DNA from: Eubacteriales bacterium
GTDB lineage: Bacteria > Bacillota > Clostridia > Oscillospirales > QAKW01
Direction: 5' to 3'
Length of the DNA: 64,000 bases
Assembly (NCBI GenBank): GCA_045636365.1
Contig: JAZTXG010000013.1
Coordinates: 12,280-76,279 of the forward strand
Within the stretch, counting starts at the first letter, position 1. Every line of letters begins with the position of its first letter. The position numbers and the translations under genes were made by a program. A model generated the notes under the pieces. That model was not told where the DNA came from, made no database searches, and saw only the letters and a program-made list of their open reading frames with translations. This document shows, piece by piece, positions 19,106 to 28,266 of this stretch.

Positions 19106-20158
19106 ATGAACTATTTTAAATTTAGAAATGCGACCTGCCAAAATCTGAAGATGGACGGCTCCTTTGGAGAAAGCAACCGATTCATCCTCAGCGAGGTGCT
19201 CGCGATCGAGGAGGGCGATCGGATCACCTTTGGTCCGATGCGGCCGGCGCAGCCTGTGATGGGCTATTTCTACGATGCAGAGGGCAACCCCCTGCAGTTG
19301 ATTAACCATACCAATGTCGAAATCCTCCATACCTTCAAGGAAGGCATGGTGATGGCGAGCATCCTTGCTCCCAAGGCGGCGGCAGTTCGATTGCAGCTGA
19401 CCATCGCGGAAAAGGATTTGTTCCTTATATATATAAATGAAGAGATCTGCTCGGAAGAGCTCCCGAATGAAAAGTGGCTGGGTAATCCGCTGAAGGGAAG
19501 AAATCTTCTGACCATCGGCGATTCCCTCTGCGCTGCGGCAAAGGATGCCATGGTCGATGGGTTGCGGGGCTGGGCGCGCCGCATCCACGATCAATATGAA
19601 GCCAATGTCTTTAACGCCGGCATCGGCGGGACAGCGCTTTCCGATTGCCGCATGGGCAGAGAAAAATCCACCGAGTATCATCAGATCTTCAAGCAGATCA
19701 ACCGCTTTAAAGGCTTTGAATATGATTATATCCTGCTGGAGGGCGGCGGAAACGATTCCTGGGATAAGGCGCCGATCGGCGCGGTCAGCGCGTCTTTCGA
19801 TCCCAAGGATTTCGATTTGACCACCTATGCAGGCGGCTTGGAAATGATGTTCTATACCGCTGTCAAAGAGTATGGTGATACCGCCGCGCTGGGGTATATG
19901 AGCATCTTTAAAACACCTCATTTCTTCCGTACCCTCTTCATCGGCGATTATTTCGAAGTGGGTAAGAAAATCTGCGAAAAATGGGGGATGCCCTATCTGG
20001 ATATCTATAACGATGTGGAATTTGATACAATCAAATACACCGTCGACGGAATCCACGCCAACGCCGAGGGCTACGATGTTTTGGCACCCTATATTAACTC
20101 CTTTATGCCGAAGCTTCGCCCCATTTCCCAAGAAATTTACGCGAAAATTCATTCGTAA
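19106..20158 (+). CDS. Leaderless (predicted cytoplasmic) minimal paralog: ~110-aa module + SGNH hydrolase
   Basis: 350 aa with no signal peptide. MNYFKFRNATCQNLKMDG... aligns to the internal NLKMDG junction of the large paralogs. SGNH blocks TIGDSLCAAA, LLEGGGNDSW and DGIHANAEGY. Confidence 0.75.
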   Translation: MNYFKFRNATCQNLKMDGSFGESNRFILSEVLAIEEGDRITFGPMRPAQPVMGYFYDAEGNPLQLINHTNVEILHTFKEGMVMASILAPKAAAVRLQLTIAEKDLFLIYINEEICSEELPNEKWLGNPLKGRNLLTIGDSLCAAAKDAMVDGLRGWARRIHDQYEANVFNAGIGGTALSDCRMGREKSTEYHQIFKQINRFKGFEYDYILLEGGGNDSWDKAPIGAVSASFDPKDFDLTTYAGGLEMMFYTAVKEYGDTAALGYMSIFKTPHFFRTLFIGDYFEVGKKICEKWGMPYLDIYNDVEFDTIKYTVDGIHANAEGYDVLAPYINSFMPKLRPISQEIYAKIHS

Positions 20159-20199
20159 GTGAATTTATATAAAAATATTTTTAAAGGAGAACCAATAAA

Positions 20200-23100
20200 A
20201 TGAAGAGAAGAGTGATTTCCCTTCTGGCAATTCTTGCGATGCTTTGCTCTATGGTTGTCTTCGCGATGCCGACTACTGTAGTAGCGGCTTCAGTCGATGA
20301 TGGCCCCCTTGCTTCAATTATGGATGATATTGCTTTGGGTGCCACAGAACTTGGTAAACTTTCTGCAAATGCAGATGAGGAAGCAATCATTAAAGCGGCA
20401 AAATTGGATAAGGACAACATTGAGTGGAAGGACTTTGAATGGAATGTCAATGACTTCCCCCGCTATGCTTATCATAAAATATATGAAGCCGCGGGCTATC
20501 CTTTAGACCAATGGTCTATTTCCAAGCAAGAAGACTGGGAAGCCATGCGTGAAGTGGCCGATTCGGTCAACGGTACCCGCGAAAATAAAGGTGAGGATGC
20601 CAAAAAGGATCCTGAAACCGGCGAGTATCAGGATTATTTTATCGGTACTGTTTTCCATCTGACCAATGATATTCAGTTCTCTTATCCGAACTTTACCTAT
20701 CTTGCCGAGTCAACCGGAGCGAAAGATCCGTATACCGGTGCGGAAGTTCGGTCGATGGGGTTTAGCGCCTATAACAATGGCGGCGGCTTTGCCGGTACCA
20801 TCAATGGCCATGGCTATAGTTTTAAAGATATCAAGGTCATCGCGCTCAAGAAGTGGATCCAAAAAAAGGATGCCAGCGGTGCGTATGTAAATGAATTTTA
20901 CGAGAATGAAGAACTGTATTGCGGTTTGTTCCATCGTCTCTCCAATTGTACTTTTATCGATTTCGGTTTGGAAGGCGGCGCTTTTTATCAAAATACCGGC
21001 GGCGGTGTCAATAATATTTCCAGCTTTGGTAATGTCATCTCCGGTAAGACCCCGACCTTCACTCGCGTATGGTCTTCGGCTACCATCGCGACCAATTCCG
21101 GCGGTCAGTTGACCGGTTTGGTTGGTTCTTTCGCCGATCAATACATTACTGTTAATGTCAACGGCTTTGTCTTTGATGGTACATTTATAAAGGCCGCGGA
21201 TCAGTCTCAACCGAGATTCTTCGCTCTCTATGGTTCTACCAGCCCCTATGTTGCCGATGATAACAAGTTCTATAATGTCATCACCGACTTTAGTTCTCTT
21301 GACGGTAAATATGATATTTTGACTTCTGTAGCAACGCCTGCTACTTCCCATAGCAACACAGCGGCGCTCTTTGCTCTTTCTTCGGAAGAAGCTGCTATAT
21401 CAGCGACCGAAAATGTCTATGCAGTCAAGCGCAAAGAAAACGGCATCGATGCCGGCTATGCTGTTGGTTCTGTTCTGAGTGATTCAAAGGCATCCAAGGC
21501 TTTGCTGACCGATATGTCGGCTGCAGAAGCGGCTTGGACCATCAACCGGAATCCTTCCAAATCCGAAAAACCGGTCTACTTCAAACTGAATGAGAATGGC
21601 AAGGTTCGCCCCATTCCCGAAGGAAAATCCGATGGTATGATCGTCGGAATCACCGTAGAAATCGAAGATATCACCAAGAATGTTTGCGTCAATCCGGGCG
21701 ACACTGTTGACCTGAAAGCAGCGCTTGGCTATAGGGGCGATGTTGAATTTGTGGTAAGTAGCGGTGATTGCACCATCATCGATGGCACCACTGCCATTGT
21801 CAACGGTAACGCTACGGTAAAGATGATCAACCCTTGCGTCGAGCATGACTTTAGATATGTTAAAGGCGATAAAGAGCATACCGCCACCTGCTCTATATGT
21901 AATCATAAAGTAACAGAGGCTTGCGTACTGACCGACTGCACACCCAATCCGTTTGAATGGAATGCATATACCCATAACGGTACTTGCGTGTGTGGCAATG
22001 CATTCTCTGAAGTCTGCGATTATGTATATACAAAGACCGATGATGGTTATAAGTATGTATGTTCCTGCGACCGCGAAGAGGTCGCTCCTGCACCGATGGT
22101 TCCCGGCGATGTCAAGGTTAGCGTCGACGGCAAGGTCGACGGCAAGGTCGACCTAACCGATGCCATTGCATTGCTGAAAAATGTAGTAAACGAGAACGCT
22201 GCCATCAACGTGCGCAATGCCGATGTGGATGGAGATAATGACCCCGGCATCCAGGATGTGCGCAAGATCATCCTCTTTTTCCTGAAAGATAAGAAGACCA
22301 TCGATGCGTTTGAAGCTATCCAGCAGCGGGTCAATGAAGAAAACTTCTATAACGAAAAAAATATTGAGTTTGGCAACCTGAAGATGGACGGCGAAGACGG
22401 TACCAACCTGCGTTATATCCGCACCAACCTTATTCCTGTCAGCAAAGGCAATAAGATCGTCTTTGGTCCCGTGCGCAAGGCGCAGGCGGTTCTGGGTCAT
22501 TTCTATGATGCAGACGGTAAAGCCATCGAGCTGATCAATGTCAACAACGAAAGACTTAATGCCGGAGAGAACGCGGAGTATACCTTTAACGCGGAAGTTC
22601 TTGGAAAAGACGTTGAAGTTATCGATAACGGAAAAAGCGCTGTTATCGATGATCTTTTGCCCAAGGTGGTCGACGGTTTGGAAATGGTAAGCATTGTCGC
22701 CCCCGAAGGCGCCGCTTATGTTCGCTTGCAAGCAAACGCCAAAGAAGAAGACCAATTCTATATCCGCATCAACAATGAGTTCTCCTTGGCGGATTATCAG
22801 TGCCGCACCAACGGCGATGCCAATACCCTCACAAATGAGGAAAGAGGTCAGTTGTTCCTGACCGTTGGCGACTCTTTGTGCGCCGCTGCCAGAGATACCC
22901 TGGCTGACATCTATCCCAAAAAGGGTTGGGAAGGCCGTATCAACATAAATTTCGGCGCTCAGACAGTCGATTCCAGCCAGGGCGGTACAACTATTTCCAC
23001 AGCAAAATATTATGTGGAGGAGGATCCGGAAAATGATACTGATGGAAACGACAACGTGAAATATTGTATCGTAAACCAGATCACAATGCACCGCAACGGT

Positions 23101-23679
23101 CTACCCTTTGAGTATGTCCTCATCGAGGGCGGTGCAAACGATGCTGCCTATGCAAAGAAGAGCTCGGATAAACTCGCATACGATACTAAAATCGGCTATT
23201 ATGAGAACGATGATCCCAGTGGTAAGCAAATCTTCAACCCCAACTCCTATCATCCCAAGGATTTTGCTCCCGCAAATACCTTTATCGGCGGCTTGGAGCG
23301 AGCAATCTATACCACCATCAAAACCTATGGCGATACAGCCGCGATCGGTTATCTGCTCCCCTATCCGATGCCCAAGAGTGATCAATTTGAATATACAGAC
23401 AATTATTTCCAGTTTGTTGATGAAGTCTGCCAAAAGTGGAAAATTCCCTATCTGGATCTGTACTACGAAAATCTGAATAATTTTAATACTGAAGATTATA
23501 CAATAAATAAACCATTAACCGGGCCCGACTATATCCATGCCGATGGCGAAGGATATGATATCATGCAAAAGTATATCGATCCCTTTGTTCAGAACGAGAT
23601 GAGACCTGTAGATCAGGAAATCTACCTTGAGATTCAGCAATATATAGATATCCCGCAGAATCTTAATATTAATTCTTAA
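20200..23679 (+). CDS. Secreted multidomain protein (1159 aa): N-terminal domain, Cys-rich module, internal dockerin, ~110-aa module, SGNH hydrolase
   Basis: Signal peptide MKRRVISLLAILAMLCSMVVFAMPTT and motif GTINGHGYSF. Dockerin at 22105-22283 (VDGKVDGKVDLTDAIALLK / ADVDGDNDPGIQDVRKI). SGNH blocks TVGDSLCAAA, LIEGGANDAA and DYIHADGEGY. Confidence 0.8.
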   Translation: MKRRVISLLAILAMLCSMVVFAMPTTVVAASVDDGPLASIMDDIALGATELGKLSANADEEAIIKAAKLDKDNIEWKDFEWNVNDFPRYAYHKIYEAAGYPLDQWSISKQEDWEAMREVADSVNGTRENKGEDAKKDPETGEYQDYFIGTVFHLTNDIQFSYPNFTYLAESTGAKDPYTGAEVRSMGFSAYNNGGGFAGTINGHGYSFKDIKVIALKKWIQKKDASGAYVNEFYENEELYCGLFHRLSNCTFIDFGLEGGAFYQNTGGGVNNISSFGNVISGKTPTFTRVWSSATIATNSGGQLTGLVGSFADQYITVNVNGFVFDGTFIKAADQSQPRFFALYGSTSPYVADDNKFYNVITDFSSLDGKYDILTSVATPATSHSNTAALFALSSEEAAISATENVYAVKRKENGIDAGYAVGSVLSDSKASKALLTDMSAAEAAWTINRNPSKSEKPVYFKLNENGKVRPIPEGKSDGMIVGITVEIEDITKNVCVNPGDTVDLKAALGYRGDVEFVVSSGDCTIIDGTTAIVNGNATVKMINPCVEHDFRYVKGDKEHTATCSICNHKVTEACVLTDCTPNPFEWNAYTHNGTCVCGNAFSEVCDYVYTKTDDGYKYVCSCDREEVAPAPMVPGDVKVSVDGKVDGKVDLTDAIALLKNVVNENAAINVRNADVDGDNDPGIQDVRKIILFFLKDKKTIDAFEAIQQRVNEENFYNEKNIEFGNLKMDGEDGTNLRYIRTNLIPVSKGNKIVFGPVRKAQAVLGHFYDADGKAIELINVNNERLNAGENAEYTFNAEVLGKDVEVIDNGKSAVIDDLLPKVVDGLEMVSIVAPEGAAYVRLQANAKEEDQFYIRINNEFSLADYQCRTNGDANTLTNEERGQLFLTVGDSLCAAARDTLADIYPKKGWEGRININFGAQTVDSSQGGTTISTAKYYVEEDPENDTDGNDNVKYCIVNQITMHRNGLPFEYVLIEGGANDAAYAKKSSDKLAYDTKIGYYENDDPSGKQIFNPNSYHPKDFAPANTFIGGLERAIYTTIKTYGDTAAIGYLLPYPMPKSDQFEYTDNYFQFVDEVCQKWKIPYLDLYYENLNNFNTEDYTINKPLTGPDYIHADGEGYDIMQKYIDPFVQNEMRPVDQEIYLEIQQYIDIPQNLNINS

Positions 23680-23696
23680 TACGAAGAATTAAATCA

Positions 23697-23729
23697 ATAA
23701 AATGGAGGCGCAAGCCTCCATTTTATTTT
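23697..23729 (+). terminator. Rho-independent terminator
   Basis: Stem aatggaggc-gcaa-gcctccatt followed by ttattttg. Nearly identical to the one at 27067-27099. Confidence 0.8.
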
Positions 23730-23875
23730 GCAGCAAAACATTTGAATATTTTTTAGGAGCGATGCCACATCGCCCCCAAAAAAATTACGCTACGACTTGA
23801 TTTTGAAAAGAAACTATGGTATCATTAAATTAACTGTAAATATGTAGATAGTTTTTTAAAAGGAGAATCAACAAC

Positions 23876-26800
23876 ATGAAAAGAAGAGCTATTTCTCTTT
23901 TGGCAATTCTTGCGATGCTTTGCACCATGGTTGTCTTCGCGATGCCTACCACCGTGGCGGCTGCGGAGACCTATCCCCAGTATAAGGATCACGTGTCTGC
24001 AATGGCGAACGGTCACGATGGAAAGAACTGGTCCATTTCCGAGCCTGAAGACTGGTTGAAAATGATCGAAACCGCCGGTGCGACGGCAGTAGGTGAGACC
24101 TATTTTGATGGGGTCACCTTCCACTTGACAGGGAATATTAACTTTTATGGTGTGGAAATGCTGCAATTAGGTACTGCTGAAGCAGATACAGATAAAACAG
24201 CCTATCCAAGATATTTTGGCGGTACCATCAACGGTCACGGCTACGGCTTTGATAATATTTTAATCAAAAATGTAGAAAGTACCACGTCCGGCTTGATCAA
24301 TCGGCTGGGTAACTGTTCGTTCATTGATTTCGGCGTTAATAGCGGCGATATCAACCGCAACAGTGGTAACGCAAGCACCAGCGTATCCACCTTTGGTGCG
24401 GTGTCGGCAGGCTGTACGGTGAATTTTACCCGCGTATGGTCCGGCGCAAATATCCGTTCCCTTGCCGATGGGCACGCTTCCGCTCTTGTCGGCGCTCCGG
24501 GAGGAGATGTCGAAGCAACCATCAATGTAAACGGCTTTGTATTTGACGGATTGCTCGCCTCCGATAGAGAAGTATCAACGGATCCCTTGAAAAACGTTTA
24601 TGGCGTTGTCGGAAGCCATTCGAATGAGATCACCGGTGCCCATAGCTACCGGAATATTCTTGTCGATGGCATTGCAAGTAACCCGAAGAAAAAAAGTGGT
24701 CATATCAATGCCGGCGCCAGCGATTATGTGGATCACGCGGAGCCTGCTCCTCTCTTCGGAATGTTCCGATTCGCGGCAAAAAAACCCGCTGTATTTGAAA
24801 ACGTATACGGCATCACCGGCAAACGTGAAGGCTTCCAAAAAGTTTCCATACCCTATTTCATAGGAACAGCAGCCCAGAGCGACGATGCTCTTTTGAAGAC
24901 TGATGCTTTGGAAGCGGCTTGGTTGATTAACAGCGCGCAAACCGGCGAAGGACCGGATGCGGTTTACTATGCTTTGACCGACGAGGGTAAAATTCGCCCC
25001 ATTGCCGAAGGAAAATCCGAGGGCAAGATCGTCGGGATCACGGTAGAAATCGAAGATATCACCAAGATTGTTGGTGTCAAGCCCGGAAGCACAGTCGATT
25101 TGAAAGCAAAGCTTGGCTATACGAGCGATGTTTCCTTTACTCCTGTTGCAGGGGATTGCGAAATCAATGGCACTTCGGTCACTGTCGGCACCGACGATGT
25201 CACTGTGAAGATGACCAATAGATGCGTCCATGATTTTGATTATACAAAAGGCGATAAAAAACATACCGCCATCTGCTCTATATGCAATCATCAGGTGACT
25301 GAGAATTGCAAACTGAGCAACTGCACAATCAATCCTATCAATTGGAATGCATATACCCACACCGGTACTTGCGCGTGTGGCAATGCGTTCTCTGAAGTCT
25401 GCGATTGTGTATATACAAAGACCGAGGGCGGTTATAAGTATGTATGTTCCATCTGCGGCCGTACCGATGATGCTTCTGCGCCGATGGTTGCCGGCGATGC
25501 CAAGGGCAACGGCGGGGTCGACCTGACCGATGCCATTGCGTTGCTGAAAAAGGTAGTAAACGATAACGCTGCCATCAACGAGCGCAACTCCGATGTGGAT
25601 GGGGATAATGATTGCACGGTCCAAGATGTGCGCAAGATCATCCTCTATTTTATGGGGGTTCAAAAGACCGTAGATGAGTTTGACGCTCTCCAGGAGCGGG
25701 TCAATGAAGAAAACTTCTATAACGAAGAAAATATTGGGTTCGGTAACCTGAAGATGGACGGTAGCGATGGTACCAACGAGCGCTATGTCCGCACCAACTA
25801 TATTTCGGTCAGCAAGGGCAATAAGGTCGTCTTTGGTCCCGTCCGTAAGGCGCAGGCAGTTCTGGGTCATTTCTATGATGCCGACGGTAATGCCATTGAG
25901 CTGATCAATGTCAACAACGAAAGACTCGAGACGAAGTTTTCTTTTAAGGCGACAATTCAAGAAAAAGACGTTGAAATTCAGCCGGATGGATCTGTCGTAG
26001 GTGAGCTTGCGGAAAAAGAAGTCGATGGATTGGCAATGGTCAGCATTACCGCTCCCGAAGGCGCTGCGTATGTTCGCCTGCAGGCAAATGCCAAAGAAGA
26101 GGAGCAGTTCTATATCCGCATCAATAATGAGTTCTCCTTGGCGGATTATCAATGTCGGACCGCCGGCGATGCCAATGCTCTTACAAATATTGAGAAAGAT
26201 CAGCAGTTCCTCGTTGTCGGTGACTCTTTGTGTTCCGCCGCTGCAGACCCGACTGATAAAGGTTGGAGAGGCCGTATCGTCAGAGATTATGGTGTTGTTA
26301 CGTCCTACTCTGCCCAGGGTGGTTCGGCACTTTCTACCGTCAGATTTTTAAAAGCGAATGATGACTCAAACCTCGATACAGAAGGTAGTGATGTCAACCC
26401 GCGGCAGTGTATCGTAAACCAGGTCAACGAGTGGCGCGATTCCGGCCGTCCGTTTGAGTATATCCTCCTGGAGGGCGGCGGTAACGATGCTTCGCAGGAT
26501 GCCAAAGTCGGCTATTGGTTGAATGACGATCCTAATACCGGTGTCAAACTGTTCAACCCCACTTCCTATAATCCCAAGGATTTTGCTCCGGAAGATACCT
26601 TTGTAGGCGGCTTGGAGCGGGCGATCTATTCCGCCATCAAGACCTATGGCGACACCGCCGCCATCGGCTTCATGAGCATTTATGATGGTCCCTATTATGG
26701 AACCAAAGGTACGTTTGCCGATATGGGCAACTACTTCCAATATGCCAAGGAAATCTGCGATAAATGGAGTGTTCCCTATCTGGATCTGTTTTCGATCTTG

Positions 26801-27058
26801 ACCGAGGATAAGTTTAATTCCAGACCCATGACGGAAGGAAAAGCGAACTATGATCCTACCGGTCTTACCACAGACGGTATCCACGCCAACGGCGATGGAT
26901 ACGATGTGATGCAAGAGTATATCGGGCCCTTTGTCACAGGAATCGTGCCTGAGGAAATGAAGGCCGAGATTCCGGAGACGATGAGACCGGTAGACCAGGA
27001 AATTTTCCTCGAAATTCAGAAATATGATGATCTCGATAAGGTTATCGGAATGAAATAA
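23876..27058 (+). CDS. Secreted multidomain protein (1060 aa), close paralog of 20200-23679
   Basis: Signal peptide MKRRAISLLAILAMLCTMVVFAMPTT and motif GTINGHGYGF. Dockerin at 25493-25657 (GDAKGNGGVDLTDAIALLK / SDVDGDNDCTVQDVRKI). SGNH blocks VVGDSLCSAA, LLEGGGNDAS and DGIHANGDGY. Confidence 0.8.
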   Translation: MKRRAISLLAILAMLCTMVVFAMPTTVAAAETYPQYKDHVSAMANGHDGKNWSISEPEDWLKMIETAGATAVGETYFDGVTFHLTGNINFYGVEMLQLGTAEADTDKTAYPRYFGGTINGHGYGFDNILIKNVESTTSGLINRLGNCSFIDFGVNSGDINRNSGNASTSVSTFGAVSAGCTVNFTRVWSGANIRSLADGHASALVGAPGGDVEATINVNGFVFDGLLASDREVSTDPLKNVYGVVGSHSNEITGAHSYRNILVDGIASNPKKKSGHINAGASDYVDHAEPAPLFGMFRFAAKKPAVFENVYGITGKREGFQKVSIPYFIGTAAQSDDALLKTDALEAAWLINSAQTGEGPDAVYYALTDEGKIRPIAEGKSEGKIVGITVEIEDITKIVGVKPGSTVDLKAKLGYTSDVSFTPVAGDCEINGTSVTVGTDDVTVKMTNRCVHDFDYTKGDKKHTAICSICNHQVTENCKLSNCTINPINWNAYTHTGTCACGNAFSEVCDCVYTKTEGGYKYVCSICGRTDDASAPMVAGDAKGNGGVDLTDAIALLKKVVNDNAAINERNSDVDGDNDCTVQDVRKIILYFMGVQKTVDEFDALQERVNEENFYNEENIGFGNLKMDGSDGTNERYVRTNYISVSKGNKVVFGPVRKAQAVLGHFYDADGNAIELINVNNERLETKFSFKATIQEKDVEIQPDGSVVGELAEKEVDGLAMVSITAPEGAAYVRLQANAKEEEQFYIRINNEFSLADYQCRTAGDANALTNIEKDQQFLVVGDSLCSAAADPTDKGWRGRIVRDYGVVTSYSAQGGSALSTVRFLKANDDSNLDTEGSDVNPRQCIVNQVNEWRDSGRPFEYILLEGGGNDASQDAKVGYWLNDDPNTGVKLFNPTSYNPKDFAPEDTFVGGLERAIYSAIKTYGDTAAIGFMSIYDGPYYGTKGTFADMGNYFQYAKEICDKWSVPYLDLFSILTEDKFNSRPMTEGKANYDPTGLTTDGIHANGDGYDVMQEYIGPFVTGIVPEEMKAEIPETMRPVDQEIFLEIQKYDDLDKVIGMK

Positions 27059-27066
27059 TTAAACCC

Positions 27067-27099
27067 ATAAAATGGAGGCGTAAGCCTCCATTTTATTTA
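27067..27099 (+). terminator. Rho-independent terminator (duplicate of 23697-23729)
   Basis: Stem aatggaggc-gtaa-gcctccatt followed by ttatttatt. Confidence 0.8.
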
Positions 27100-27173
27100 T
27101 TATAGGGCGATTGATCTTTTGATAAAATTGTGGTATAATTTCTTCAAGTGTATAAATGGAAAGGGAAAGAACA

Positions 27174-28226
27174 ATGAATTATTATTGCAAGGAAACATGT
27201 ATCGGCCAATATCTGAAGATGGACGGTGCCGTTGAAAAAAGCGATCGTTTTCTTTTGACCCAAGCAATTGCGGTAGAGCAGGGCGATCAGATCTTTTTCG
27301 GGCCGGTTCGCCTCGGGCAGCCGGTGATGGGTGCGTTTTATGACGCTCAAGGGCAGTTGATTGAATTGTTTAATCATACAAAGGTGGAGGTTCGCCAACC
27401 CTTTAAGCAGGGAATGGTGATGGCTTGCATTACCGCCCCCGCATCCGCAGCCGCGGTTCGGCTGGAGTTGACCCCTGCGGAAAAGGATGTATTCTGCATC
27501 TATATCAATGAAGAACAGATCCCCGAAGATACCTTTACCAACCCCTTAGACGGAAGAACGGTTCTGAACATCGGCGATTCCCTTTGCGCAGCAAACAACG
27601 ATCCTGAAGTGGATGGGATGCGGGGATGGTCCCGCCGCCTTCACCAAACCTATGGCGCGCAGGTCACCAATTCCGCCATCCCCGGCGCAGCGGTTTCGGA
27701 TATTCGCTTGAAGCAAGGGCATCGTGCAGTCAAGTGCATCCTCAATCAGATGTTGCCGCATACCGATGCGCATTTTGAATATATCTTGCTGGAGGGCGGC
27801 GGCAATGATGGAAGCTATGAGGCACCGCTGGGTGAGATCAGCGAGAGCTTTGACCCTGCCACCTTCGATCTTTCCACCTTTGCAGGCGGTTTGGAATTGA
27901 TGATCTATCAAGCGGTCAAGGACCATGGCGATACTGCTGCGATTGGTTATATGAGCGTGTATAAGATGCCGCTTCATAATACCATGTACAGAACCGGCAA
28001 GTATTTTGAGCTGGGCGGGCAGATCTGCAAAAAATGGGGCATCGAGTATCTGGACCTTTATAATGATCTGGAGTTTGATACCAAAGAATATACCATTCAG
28101 ATGAAGACCGGAGAACCGGATTTTGTCCATGCGGATACTCGAGGCTACGAAATTATGCAACCGCATATCAGCGAATTTATGCTGAAGATCCGTCCGATTC
28201 CCTTTGAGATATATCAGAAGGTTTAA
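27174..28226 (+). CDS. Leaderless minimal paralog: ~110-aa module + SGNH hydrolase
   Basis: Start placed at MNYYCKETCIGQYLKMDG, which aligns with the MNYFKF... start of 19106. An extended -10 (tgtggtataat) lies upstream at about 27131-27141. SGNH blocks NIGDSLCAAN, LLEGGGNDGS and DFVHADTRGY. Confidence 0.75.
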   Translation: MNYYCKETCIGQYLKMDGAVEKSDRFLLTQAIAVEQGDQIFFGPVRLGQPVMGAFYDAQGQLIELFNHTKVEVRQPFKQGMVMACITAPASAAAVRLELTPAEKDVFCIYINEEQIPEDTFTNPLDGRTVLNIGDSLCAANNDPEVDGMRGWSRRLHQTYGAQVTNSAIPGAAVSDIRLKQGHRAVKCILNQMLPHTDAHFEYILLEGGGNDGSYEAPLGEISESFDPATFDLSTFAGGLELMIYQAVKDHGDTAAIGYMSVYKMPLHNTMYRTGKYFELGGQICKKWGIEYLDLYNDLEFDTKEYTIQMKTGEPDFVHADTRGYEIMQPHISEFMLKIRPIPFEIYQKV

Positions 28227-28266
28227 TAGGCACTGTTTGAGATTTTGAGGAAAGGGGGACCTAAGG

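Noticed and set aside
14201-28226. SGNH array as a diversity-generating retroelement, or as a phase- or antigenic-variation locus with silent cassettes
   Set aside because: The window has no reverse transcriptase, invertase or recombinase. I found no inverted repeats bracketing the promoters. The short paralogs have their own start codons and intact catalytic blocks. Only a conversion-like patch is retained as a finding.
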